From: Candidatus Iainarchaeum sp.
GTDB taxonomy: Archaea > Iainarchaeota > Iainarchaeia > Iainarchaeales > GCA-2688035
Direction of reading: 5' to 3'
DNA length: 64,000 bases
NCBI GenBank assembly: GCA_002688035.1
Contig: NZBU01000009.1
Location: forward strand, 25,929 to 89,928
The position numbers and the translations under genes are program-made. A model generated the notes under the pieces. The model saw only the letters and a list, made by a program, of their open reading frames with translations, was not told the origin of the DNA and did no database searches. Shown piece by piece: positions 55,748 through 64,000 of this stretch (positions are counted from its first letter, which is position 1; each line of letters opens with the position of its first letter).

Positions 55748-56313
55748 TGCTTAACACTTTCTACGACAAATTCATTTTCACCAATGGCCTCAAATACAAG
55801 AACAACAACTTCTATCTCCTCAACATGCCCTTTGTTATTGCGCCAAGCGAACTCTTCATTGGCCTACTGGAAGTGGATGACGAGGACTTCAAGAGAAAAC
55901 TTTATTATGCTACAAAGGATTCTGTTAGAAAGCATTTGATAAAAGAATTTGACCTTGACTTTGGTTTTAAGGGAGCAAAGCTTGTCACTTTCCTCGAAAC
56001 CTATTTTGTTGCTAGTGGCTGGGGCAAAATCCAAACTGTAGATCTCAATATGGGTGGCAAAAAAGCCATTGTGAAAGTTAGGAATAATCCTTTCTCCTCA
56101 CACCTACACAAAAAAGTCTCCCGCCCCTGTGACCACTTCATTCGCGGAATTCTAGCAGGGGTATTCAGCCGTGTGTTTAATGCCAAGGTTGATTGTGTAG
56201 AAGTGCACTGCGCAGCTCTCGGAGAACAAGACTGCGAGTTCATAATAAAAAAACAAGGCGAATTCAACTTAGAGAACAAGCATGTGCGAAGGCAGCTCGA
56301 ATTGGATATTTAA
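55747..56313 (+). CDS. V4R-domain protein
   Basis: The C-terminus CDHFIRGILAGVFSRVFNAKVDCVEVHCAALGEQDCEFII fits the V4R Cys/Gly pattern. Its start overlaps the stop of the upstream gene (TAATG). Confidence 0.5.
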   Translation: MLNTFYDKFIFTNGLKYKNNNFYLLNMPFVIAPSELFIGLLEVDDEDFKRKLYYATKDSVRKHLIKEFDLDFGFKGAKLVTFLETYFVASGWGKIQTVDLNMGGKKAIVKVRNNPFSSHLHKKVSRPCDHFIRGILAGVFSRVFNAKVDCVEVHCAALGEQDCEFIIKKQGEFNLENKHVRRQLELDI

Positions 56314-57413
56314 GAAATCTTTTTCAGTACAATTTGAAGCATTCTGCGAACTGGTTCTGCAGCGCCCCACAACAGCTGGTCTCCTACTGTGAAGAGTGTA
56401 ACAAAGCTAGCATCATTGTTGATGTGGCGAATTCTTCCTACTGGGACTGTGAGTTTTCCGCTGACCGCAATCGGTGTGAGTTGCCTAATGCTATCTTCCT
56501 TGTTGTTTGGAATAACCTTAACCCATTCGTTTGCTTTAGCGATTGTATTTTCAATTTCTTTTAGTTCCATTTCCTCTTTGAGTTTAATGGTGATTGCCTG
56601 GCTATGGCAGCGCATGGCCGGAACTCTTACGCAGATTCCATCTACTGGAATTTGCTGTTTTGAATTCAGTATTTTGTTTGTTTCAGCGCTTCCCTTCCAT
56701 TCCTCTCGGCTTTGTCCGTCCTCTACTTCCTTGTCAATCCATGGAATGAGGTTGCAGGCTAGTGGAACTGTAAAATTTTCTGTTGGAAAATCTGGATTTT
56801 CAATTGTTTCTTGAACTTCACGGTCTAGCTCGAGCACAGGCATTTTCTTTCCCTCGGTTGCTTTGGAGATTGTCTGCATTTGCTCCACCAGTTCAGCCAT
56901 GTTCTTGCTTCCTGCTCCTGAGGCTGACTGGTAGGTCATTGAAGTAAGCCAGTCCACCTTATTTTCTTTAAACAAACCGCCAATTCCCATTAGCATCAAA
57001 CTAACTGTACAGTTTGCTCCAATATAATTTTTCACACCTGATTCAAACGCCTCGTCTATCACTTCTCGGTTAACTGGATCCAAAACAATTACACTGTCTT
57101 TTTCCATTCGCAGGGCTGAAGCCGCATCAATCCAGTAACCATCCCATCCTTCCTTCCTTAGCTTTGGATAAACTTCTTTTGTATAGTCTCCGCCTTGGCA
57201 GGTTACAATTGCATCCAGTGAGGAAAGGGTTTTGATATCAAAAGCATCGGCAAGTTCTGGCACTTCCATGCCAATTTCTGGGCCTTTTTGGCCTACTTGT
57301 GAAGTTGAAAAAAACAATGGTTTCAATCCCTGGAAGTCGTTTTCTTCCAGCATTCTTTGCCTTAGCACTGATCCAACCATTCCTCTCCATCCGACAAAGC
57401 CAACTTTTACCAT
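56310..57413 (-). CDS. asd: aspartate-semialdehyde dehydrogenase, bacterial (gammaproteobacterial) type
   Basis: The protein is collinear with E. coli Asd and by eye roughly 60% identical to it as recalled. Shared blocks are MVKVGFVGWRGMVGSVL, IVTCQGGDYT, GANCTVSLMLM, GQSREEWKG-AETNKILN, RCHSQA-TIKLK and FTVGDQLLWGAAEP-RRML. Confidence 0.85.
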   Translation of the reverse strand: MVKVGFVGWRGMVGSVLRQRMLEENDFQGLKPLFFSTSQVGQKGPEIGMEVPELADAFDIKTLSSLDAIVTCQGGDYTKEVYPKLRKEGWDGYWIDAASALRMEKDSVIVLDPVNREVIDEAFESGVKNYIGANCTVSLMLMGIGGLFKENKVDWLTSMTYQSASGAGSKNMAELVEQMQTISKATEGKKMPVLELDREVQETIENPDFPTENFTVPLACNLIPWIDKEVEDGQSREEWKGSAETNKILNSKQQIPVDGICVRVPAMRCHSQAITIKLKEEMELKEIENTIAKANEWVKVIPNNKEDSIRQLTPIAVSGKLTVPVGRIRHINNDASFVTLFTVGDQLLWGAAEPVRRMLQIVLKKIS

Positions 57414-57494
57414 ATAATCAATCTCCTTTTTTTGCTTGAAATAACCTGCGTACGAAAAATTTTAAAAATAGATTTAACGAGTGCGAGATTCGAA

Positions 57495-58145
57495 CTAGGT
57501 TAATTCCCAAATGCTTTCCCCGAATAGTCTTCCCTTGTCTTCCCAGAAAGGTCTCTCGTCTGCGTGAATCCTTTTCAATTCTCTGCCAAGGCCCTTTGCA
57601 GCGTTCTCAATAGTCCTCTTGTAATAGCTGGTTATTTCAGGACTCATTCCCCGTCCTGCTTGCAAATGCAATGCCCTATAATATTCGGGGTGAACAGCAA
57701 ATAGTCTGATTCCATTTCTCCTACAGTATTCCATTGCAGTCATTGCTGTTGCAACATTTCCTTGATAATAAAACCTTTTTTCTTTCGAAGTCAAATCCGC
57801 TTTTTTCAAGTTTGCTGTCGGCTGGACAACAGTTAACATCGCCTGTTTGTTTGGAAAAAGCCAAATCGCAGTATGAGTTACGCTGCCTTTTCTCGCCCAG
57901 GCTTCTGTTCGTACTTTCGCAATTTTTGAAACATGCTCAGGCAATGCATTCAGGTGAAAAACAAGCTCTCTGCCCTCCCTGGGTTTCTCGCCCCTAAAAT
58001 TCCCAAAATAACCACTGCCCTTTCTCGAAACAACAAGTCTTCCAGCCGGAGCCCTTGCCTTCTCGCCAAACACTCTTTTGAACGCAGCATTAACGCCCCG
58101 CACATTTATTTGGGCATATTTCGCACCAGCAACTCTTTTTCGCAT
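57495..58145 (-). CDS. hypothetical conserved-looking basic protein of unknown function
   Basis: The protein is 216 aa, R/K-rich and non-repetitive. No family could be assigned by eye. Confidence 0.3.
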   Translation of the reverse strand: MRKRVAGAKYAQINVRGVNAAFKRVFGEKARAPAGRLVVSRKGSGYFGNFRGEKPREGRELVFHLNALPEHVSKIAKVRTEAWARKGSVTHTAIWLFPNKQAMLTVVQPTANLKKADLTSKEKRFYYQGNVATAMTAMEYCRRNGIRLFAVHPEYYRALHLQAGRGMSPEITSYYKRTIENAAKGLGRELKRIHADERPFWEDKGRLFGESIWELT

Positions 58146-58420
58146 AATACTTTTATGTTCTCAAGATTTAAGATTCTTCCTCAAAATGCGTTATGTAGAA
58201 GTCTAATCCCTATTTGTGCGCTTTTCGCCCAAAAGGGCAAGTTTTATATATGGGATTCGCCCCAATTTTCTTAACAGGTTCTTTTGTGAGCCTGTCAGGG
58301 TGCGTTTCTGCTTGGTCTTCTCGACTCGGGAATGCATCCGTCCTTCTTATCTTTTTTCTCCAATCCAAACAACCTCAACATTTAAATACAAGTGCGGGAT
58401 TATTATATTGGTTTTTGCTT

Positions 58421-59179
58421 ATGGTTCGCACTAAGACTGGTATCCAGGGCCTTGACAAAGCTCTTATGGGTGGAATCCCTGAGGGTAACATTGTTTTACT
58501 TAGTGGTGGAGCCGGAACAGGTAAGTCAACTCTTGCAATGCAGTTCTTGATGAACGGCGCTTCTCTTTTTGGCGAGCGCGGTCTCTATATTAGTACTGAA
58601 CAAGACCGCGATGAACTAATGAAAGCAGCCAACAATTTCGGCTGGAAGCTTGATGACCTCGAGAGCAAGAATCTCGTCAAAATCGCTTACTTTGACATTA
58701 CTGAGGGAAATGACTTCCTCAACAGGGTCGATACCCTTGTCCAGAACTTTAAACCAAAGCGAATAGTAATTGACAGCATGACAACTCTCACAGATTCCCT
58801 GATGATTTCCGGCATAGGCAAAAAAGATGCCTTTTCCATGGTTCAAATACAGGAAACAGTTTCCCCTATTCCCCGAACCGAAAAGGTTGTCGCAAAAAGC
58901 ATCCTCTACAATCTCATCAAAAAACTGAAGCACTACAAGGTTACAACACTTCTTACGAGTGAACTTCCCGAGGAACACAAAGCACTGAGTGCAGATGGGA
59001 TAAGCGAGTTTATTACAGATGGTGTGATTGTATTACACTATTTGGGGATAGGGTCGGCTAATTTTAGAAACCTTCAAATTAGAAAAATGAGATATAGTAG
59101 TCATGAGAAAGATATAATTTCATATTCAATTGCCTCTAAGGGGATTGAAATCCAAGCGGAGGAGAGCTTGGAAATCTAA
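58421..59179 (+). CDS. KaiC/RadA-like single-domain RecA-superfamily ATPase
   Basis: GIQGLDKALMGGIPEGNIVLLSGGAGTGKSTLAMQF contains the Walker A, and Walker B is IVIDSMT. The start was taken at the internal ATG 58421 rather than the track start 58214. Confidence 0.65.
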   Translation: MVRTKTGIQGLDKALMGGIPEGNIVLLSGGAGTGKSTLAMQFLMNGASLFGERGLYISTEQDRDELMKAANNFGWKLDDLESKNLVKIAYFDITEGNDFLNRVDTLVQNFKPKRIVIDSMTTLTDSLMISGIGKKDAFSMVQIQETVSPIPRTEKVVAKSILYNLIKKLKHYKVTTLLTSELPEEHKALSADGISEFITDGVIVLHYLGIGSANFRNLQIRKMRYSSHEKDIISYSIASKGIEIQAEESLEI

Positions 59180-59181
59180 TC

Positions 59182-59769
59182 TTGGGGGAAAGAATGTACA
59201 AGACTTTTGCCAATCTAATACTTCATAACCAGGTTTCTTTTGAAAAGGGTAAAATGAGTCTCTTGGGGCAACCTATTGCTATACTGCCTATCGAAGAGTA
59301 CTACTATATGCAGAGAATCTTGGAGAAAAAGGGGTTAGAGAATATTATTTATTATAGTGCGAAAGAGTCTGGCATTTTGTGGTTAGATAATATGATTCCT
59401 AAATTTAAAATGAAATTAAATGATGTAGTTAAATGGGGTATTGAAATCCTGTCCATTTCAGGGTGGGGAAATCTTAAATTGAAGTTAATCGATAAAACAA
59501 ATAATAAGATGATTTTTAACTTGAGCGAGGCAACAATTGCTAAGAAATACGGTACTCATTCTTCCTCTGTTGACCATTTGCTTAGAGGATATGTTGCAGC
59601 GGCGGGAACAAAGTTTCTAGGTATTGATGTGGATGCAATTGAGCATAAATGTGTGGCAAAAGGAGATTCTTATTGCCAATATATAATTAAACCGAAAAAA
59701 GACTTCGATCAGTCCAGCCCCATTGTCAAAATCCAATTAAAAAAAGATTTTGATACCGCTATTTATTAG
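59182..59769 (+). CDS. V4R-domain protein (second copy), operonic with the KaiC-like ATPase
   Basis: The C-terminus HLLRGYVAAAGTKFLGIDVDAIEHKCVAKGDSYCQYII shows the same V4R pattern as 55747..56313. It lies 3 bp after the kaiC-like stop. Confidence 0.5.
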   Translation: MGERMYKTFANLILHNQVSFEKGKMSLLGQPIAILPIEEYYYMQRILEKKGLENIIYYSAKESGILWLDNMIPKFKMKLNDVVKWGIEILSISGWGNLKLKLIDKTNNKMIFNLSEATIAKKYGTHSSSVDHLLRGYVAAAGTKFLGIDVDAIEHKCVAKGDSYCQYIIKPKKDFDQSSPIVKIQLKKDFDTAIY

Positions 59770-60603
59770 CCAAGGTAGCACATAAATCATCTCAATAGCT
59801 AGAAGAGATATCATCGCTTTTGTAACTATGCTTCCTTGAGTGATGACTTCTTTATCTTCGATTTTTTGGTTTTTCAATAGTAAAGGGATAGAAAGGGAGA
59901 CTATAGTTGGAACTAAGTAAATCTGCTCTATAAAACCAAAAAGAATTAATATCAATGTTATAATTAATAGTCCCTCCATGGCCACAATTATTGACCTAAA
60001 AGTGTTGGTTTTCCCAAAAGTATTTGCCCAACTTCGAATATTAAATTTCTTTTCTATCTCACTATCCTCAAACTCTTTTGTTGTAGCAATTATGCCTGTT
60101 AATATAGTAAATAAGATGAAGATTTCGAGAGGGAAGAGTCTTTTGTTAATTGTCCAGGCAGCAATAAAGGGAATCACTGAATAAAATATGGCGCCAAAGA
60201 GATTGGTCGAAAACAAATATTTCCTAAAATAAAAATAGGGGTGGGTGTATAACAAAGAACAAACTATAAAAAATATAATTAACCCGGCTAGATATATACT
60301 GTAGTTTAAAGCGATAAAAATTGAAATAACATAAAAAAATAAGGATGCAAATAAAACTGTATTTGGAGATATCTCTTGTTGCGGCAAAGGTCTATCTGGT
60401 TTACTAAGCTTGTCAATTGCCAAGTCAAAAAACATGTTCAATGAATTAAATCCCATTATTGAAAGCGACAAGGTAATTAGGGGAATTAGTAATGGGCCAA
60501 AATCGACGATTCCTTGATTGAGTAAGAGGTAAAACAAAATCATGTTAATTAAATTTAAAATAACAAATTCAGGACCAATTAGTGCCATCCACTTTTTTAT
60601 CAT
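59737..60603 (-). CDS. UbiA-family prenyltransferase, likely digeranylgeranylglyceryl-phosphate synthase
   Basis: It has 8 to 9 TM helices and the Asp-rich motif NSLNMFFDLAIDKLSKPDRP. It is adjacent to geranylgeranyl reductase. Confidence 0.65.
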   Translation of the reverse strand: MIKKWMALIGPEFVILNLINMILFYLLLNQGIVDFGPLLIPLITLSLSIMGFNSLNMFFDLAIDKLSKPDRPLPQQEISPNTVLFASLFFYVISIFIALNYSIYLAGLIIFFIVCSLLYTHPYFYFRKYLFSTNLFGAIFYSVIPFIAAWTINKRLFPLEIFILFTILTGIIATTKEFEDSEIEKKFNIRSWANTFGKTNTFRSIIVAMEGLLIITLILILFGFIEQIYLVPTIVSLSIPLLLKNQKIEDKEVITQGSIVTKAMISLLAIEMIYVLPWLINSGIKIFF

Positions 60604-60608
60604 AAGGC

Positions 60609-61703
60609 TTACCTCAAATTTGTTACAATATTTCTAAATAAATCATTTATCAATCCTTTTCCTTCTATTTCTCGTCCATCAAGTTTTTTGAATATCCTAT
60701 CAAAGTCCGCATTTCTAGCAGTATCTAACATTTTCCTTATCTTCCTTTGACTTTCATATTCTTCACCTAATATGTTGTCCCATTCAACTTCATATTTTCG
60801 CATAGAAAATAGTTTTCCTTGCATATTTTCTTGAATTACTTTACTAGCCATTTCTGCTTCATCAATGCATTTGTGTATTGACCCTCCTAACATAGGTTCG
60901 CCTCCTGCAGCATCACCTATCACAATCCAATTCTTATTAGCTTTTTTGTCAATCATGCCGGTGGGAATAAAGCCACCATTAACTCGAATTATTTTTTTAT
61001 TTTTATACTTTTTTAAAATAGAAAGCGAGTAAAGACGTCTTCTAATTTCGCGATGGTCTCGAATATTCAATTCCTCTGCTCCAAAACCTAATTCTATTAT
61101 CTCGTCTCCTAAGGGAATTATCCACCCGTAAAAACCAGGGGCTAGTTCATTGTCTAGAATGGTGGTTATTTCATCTTTTGCTTTTATTTCAACCGCATAA
61201 CAAAAAACATTCTTAGGATGCGATATGCGCAATTTGTTCCTAAATTTTACTCCCAAAACGCCTGTAGCAAATATTAATACCTTAAATCCAATATCTTGGC
61301 CATTAGATAGTTTTACTGTGTGTTGTTCTAGATCAAAGTCTACCACATTCTGTTTTAATTTAATTTTGTTCTTTTCTTTTATTGAGTTGTAAAGATGCAT
61401 TTCTATTTCTCTAAGATTTACAACATATCCTCTCGTACTCTTGTCACTTTTTGAGATTATTAACCCCCCTGGGGAATAGAAGTTGATTTTTCGTATCGCT
61501 TTTATTAGGTTTTCTTTAGGTAAGGATAATTTTTCCAGGGTTTCTAAATTTATTATCCTGGGGCCATAGGTGCCAACTTCCATCCTTTTTTCTAGTGTAA
61601 CAAAATCTATTCCTTCCTTTTCAAGTGATCTAGACAAAGAAAGACCCGCGATTCCTGCGCCAATAATCACTACGTCGTGTTTTTTCATGCTATAATAAAA
61701 CAT
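60609..61703 (-). CDS. geranylgeranyl reductase family FAD-dependent oxidoreductase
   Basis: The N-terminal FAD motif HDVVIIGAGIAGLS is present. Length and the UbiA neighbor are typical of archaeal lipid saturation genes. Confidence 0.7.
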   Translation of the reverse strand: MFYYSMKKHDVVIIGAGIAGLSLSRSLEKEGIDFVTLEKRMEVGTYGPRIINLETLEKLSLPKENLIKAIRKINFYSPGGLIISKSDKSTRGYVVNLREIEMHLYNSIKEKNKIKLKQNVVDFDLEQHTVKLSNGQDIGFKVLIFATGVLGVKFRNKLRISHPKNVFCYAVEIKAKDEITTILDNELAPGFYGWIIPLGDEIIELGFGAEELNIRDHREIRRRLYSLSILKKYKNKKIIRVNGGFIPTGMIDKKANKNWIVIGDAAGGEPMLGGSIHKCIDEAEMASKVIQENMQGKLFSMRKYEVEWDNILGEEYESQRKIRKMLDTARNADFDRIFKKLDGREIEGKGLINDLFRNIVTNLR

Positions 61704-61807
61704 TAGCCTGATTTAAATAACTTTACTTGTTTCTTTTCTAACCCGAACAGACTAAATCAACCTTTTAGTTGATTTTTTAACCTTTTCTTTTCTATTAAAT
61801 ATATTAG

Positions 61808-62668
61808 ATGACTATTACTGTTCCAGAGTTGGGTGCGGGGAAGAAAGACTCTACCAAAGACCTAATTATTAGAGTCCTTAGTGAGTCGTGGCCTTTATCT
61901 GTAAAAGAGATTTATGTGCGAATAAGTCAGCATGGGAAAAATATTTCATATCAGGCTGTTCATAAAGTGTTAAACGAATTAGTTGAAGAAAAAATTTTGT
62001 CTCACTCTGGGAAAACTTTTCAGTTGAATTCTGAGTGGGTGAGGTCTTCGAAGAGTTTTTTTCACAATTTGGAAAAAAAGCTCTCTGGGAAAGCTTTGGA
62101 GGATCTAAAATATCTAAAGCCCCGGGAGTCCATTATTTTTAACTTCAATAATCTAACTAATTTTGCTCTTTTTATTGCACAAGCTTATGCTGATAAGGTT
62201 ATGATTACCGATGGGGACACAAAGGCAATAGGTATCTTCCATCATTTATTTTGGACGCCTCGCTTTAGATTTGAAGATATTTTGTTATCGAGGAAAGTAA
62301 TTGATAGCAGTCTTAGTGGGTATGTGTTAAGTGGGGGGAATTCTCCTTTTGATCAATGGGTAAAGAAACAATATTTGGCAGCAGGCTTTAATGGAGTAAA
62401 GCTTGGGGTAGATTTATCTGATTTTGAAGATGATCTATTTGTTCATGGGGACTTTGTTGCCCAAGTACACATTAGTGAAGAAGATAGAAAAAAGATTAAA
62501 GAATTGTATAATTCAGTTGGAACCGTATTAGACTTGTTCAAACTTTATATTACCAAGTTCGGAAAACCTGATACCATCAGAATCAAAGCAACGTTTTCTC
62601 GAAATCCAGTAATGGCTAAAATGGTGAGAAATCATGTTCTAAAGTTTTTTGAGGAGGATGTGAAATGA
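61808..62668 (+). CDS. wHTH plus uncharacterised ~200-aa C-terminal domain protein (paralog A)
   Basis: The N-terminal wHTH is LIIRVLSESWPLSVKEIYVRISQHGKNISYQAVHKVLNEL. It is homologous end to end with 62665..63492. Confidence 0.5.
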   Translation: MTITVPELGAGKKDSTKDLIIRVLSESWPLSVKEIYVRISQHGKNISYQAVHKVLNELVEEKILSHSGKTFQLNSEWVRSSKSFFHNLEKKLSGKALEDLKYLKPRESIIFNFNNLTNFALFIAQAYADKVMITDGDTKAIGIFHHLFWTPRFRFEDILLSRKVIDSSLSGYVLSGGNSPFDQWVKKQYLAAGFNGVKLGVDLSDFEDDLFVHGDFVAQVHISEEDRKKIKELYNSVGTVLDLFKLYITKFGKPDTIRIKATFSRNPVMAKMVRNHVLKFFEEDVK

Positions 62669-63492
62669 CTTCCCTTCCAACTCTCTTTCGTTTGAATGGT
62701 TCCTCTTCTACAAAAGAACAAATTATTTCGATTTTGTCCCATGAATTTCCTTTAAGCGCTAAGCAGATCTTTAATTATGTGTCAAAGAATTCTGGGGGTG
62801 TGAGCTATCAGGGTGTGCACAAAGCACTACAGGAGCTTGCGTTGGATAAAGTTGTGGAAAAGAGGGGCAGGGAATTCTTGCTTTCTTCTAATTGGATTAA
62901 TTCTCTTAATACTTTCTCCGGGCAGTTAAAGTACGTTTATAGCAATAACCTAAGTGAAACATTGGATAACAAGAATTTTGTGTTTAAGACAATTCATGAC
63001 TGCGACCGCTTTTTGATTGAATCTGTTGTAAAAATAGCTGGTTCTTTACCAACTACTGAGAAACCGCTTTTCGTGATGCATTGTAGGCATGCTTGGGTGC
63101 CCCTGTTCATCTCTAGAACTGAGTACAGAAATATGGTGGAATCATTAAAGTCTACAGATTGTTATGGGCTAGTGAAAAGTGAAGCCCCTATTGATAGGTG
63201 GTGCTGCAGCTTCTGGGAAAAGCAAGGCGTGAAAGTGCGTTTTGTCAGGGATATAGCAACACTTTCTGATGCATATGCATTAGGGGATTACGTTATTGAA
63301 GTATTCTACTCACCAGAAGTAAGACAAGAAATGGACAAAATTTACGACAAGACAAAACAGGTTTCTGATTTGAATATGGATGATTTATTCCACTCAGTAT
63401 TCGAAATGGAAACGGAAATCGCTGTTACCATTAACAAAAACAAGCTTATTGCAGATCAAATTCGAGAGCAGACGCTTGCTTATTTCAAGTGA
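62665..63492 (+). CDS. wHTH plus uncharacterised C-terminal domain protein (paralog B)
   Basis: The N-terminus IISILSHEFPLSAKQIFNYVSKNSGGVSYQGVHKALQEL is a wHTH. The C-terminus aligns with paralog A (LGDYVIEVFYSPEVRQEMDKIYD vs HGDFVAQVHISEEDRKKIKELYN). It overlaps paralog A by 4 nt (ATGA). Confidence 0.5.
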   Translation: MTSLPTLFRLNGSSSTKEQIISILSHEFPLSAKQIFNYVSKNSGGVSYQGVHKALQELALDKVVEKRGREFLLSSNWINSLNTFSGQLKYVYSNNLSETLDNKNFVFKTIHDCDRFLIESVVKIAGSLPTTEKPLFVMHCRHAWVPLFISRTEYRNMVESLKSTDCYGLVKSEAPIDRWCCSFWEKQGVKVRFVRDIATLSDAYALGDYVIEVFYSPEVRQEMDKIYDKTKQVSDLNMDDLFHSVFEMETEIAVTINKNKLIADQIREQTLAYFK

Positions 63493-63745
63493 ATCTAACG
63501 TTTTGTCCTTTCCTTAATCTTACGTTAAGCTTGTCTGCAAGCTGCCGCATAAAATATTCCTTTTCAGCCTGGCGCGTATAGTGTATGCTGATTACCCCGC
63601 AGAGGATTTCACACAACCCCTTTTTTGATAGCTTCCCATAATCTTCAATGTATTCTTCTCCTTTTCCATTCAATGCCGGAAACACATAGTCTTTGGAAGT
63701 CCCTGCAACAAACCTGTTCTCATGGCCTGGTCTTATATAACTCAT
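63485..63745 (-). CDS. hypothetical small protein (86 aa)
   Basis: This is only an ORF. It is convergent with and overlaps the end of 62665..63492, and lies downstream of a small wHTH gene. Confidence 0.3.
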   Translation of the reverse strand: MSYIRPGHENRFVAGTSKDYVFPALNGKGEEYIEDYGKLSKKGLCEILCGVISIHYTRQAEKEYFMRQLADKLNVRLRKGQNVRFT

Positions 63746-63789
63746 TTTATCACCTCAAGTTGAATTATTTAACTAATAACTCACGCAAA

Positions 63790-64000
63790 TCACTTGCACT
63801 TCACAATCTCTTCCAGTGCAATTCCATCGCACCTGTAGAGGCAGCCTTCTTTTTCTATTAGACGGTTTTCTGTGAGCTCCTCGAGAACTAGACTGACGAA
63901 GCGCTCGTATGTCTTGGTTTCTTCGGATATTTCTTGTACAGTGAAGTATTCTCCTTTCTGTATCATGAACTCGAAGATGCGCAAGTGCTGTGGGGTTTTG
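63790..64000 (-). CDS. small wHTH protein, N-terminus may lie beyond the window end
   Basis: FMIQKGEYFTVQEISEETKTYERFVSLVLEELTENRLIE is a wHTH. The frame is still open at the window edge. Confidence 0.35.
   Translation of the reverse strand, partial: KTPQHLRIFEFMIQKGEYFTVQEISEETKTYERFVSLVLEELTENRLIEKEGCLYRCDGIALEEIVKCK

Noticed and set aside
1-64000. Searched intergenic regions for CRISPR-like spaced direct repeats, rRNA genes and large ncRNAs (RNase P RNA, SRP RNA)
   Set aside because: None were seen. Intergenic spacers are short (mostly under 150 bp) and AT-rich. The only structured RNAs identified are three tRNAs.

Overview
The window is a densely coded, AT-rich archaeal chromosomal segment with about 80 genes and no rRNA or CRISPR array. 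Much of it is conserved information-processing machinery: ribosomal proteins L10e, L15e and L37Ae; topoisomerase VI subunits A and B; a RIO kinase plus KH-domain protein pair; MCM; MetRS; aIF1A, aIF2-beta and aIF5A with a linked agmatinase; Mre11; and tRNA-Cys, tRNA-Ala and tRNA-Val. A nearly complete exosome/proteasome superoperon runs Pop5, PsmA, SBDS, Rrp4, Rrp41, Rrp42, L37Ae, RpoP, Pcc1, prefoldin-beta and a DHH phosphoesterase. Archaeal lipid genes are present: an inositol-phosphate synthase with an archaetidylinositol-phosphate-synthase-like gene, and a UbiA-type prenyltransferase with geranylgeranyl reductase. Energy and central metabolism genes are also present: V-type pyrophosphatase, acetyl-CoA synthetase and a PEP synthase fragment. 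The candidates that stand out are:
- A secreted Kazal-like, cysteine-rich tandem-repeat protein.
- A metX gene that is otherwise fully conserved but carries three in-frame stop codons within 63 nt.
- A KaiC-like ATPase operonic with a V4R protein, next to an expanded family of wHTH proteins (three paralogs, one of them paired with a second V4R protein).
- A NYN, Roadblock/LC7, Roadblock-like, MinD gene cluster.
- A gammaproteobacterial-type aspartate-semialdehyde dehydrogenase, a likely horizontal acquisition.
- A split ThiI: a THUMP protein with a destroyed PP-loop, plus a separate PP-loop protein.
- Two LAGLIDADG-fold proteins, one intact and free-standing, one degenerate and fused to an HTH.
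- A 552-aa coiled-coil protein bracketed by two tRNA genes.
- Lysine-rich tails on several ribosomal and DNA-topology proteins.
All calls rest on reading the translated ORFs and DNA by eye. No database search or computation was run.
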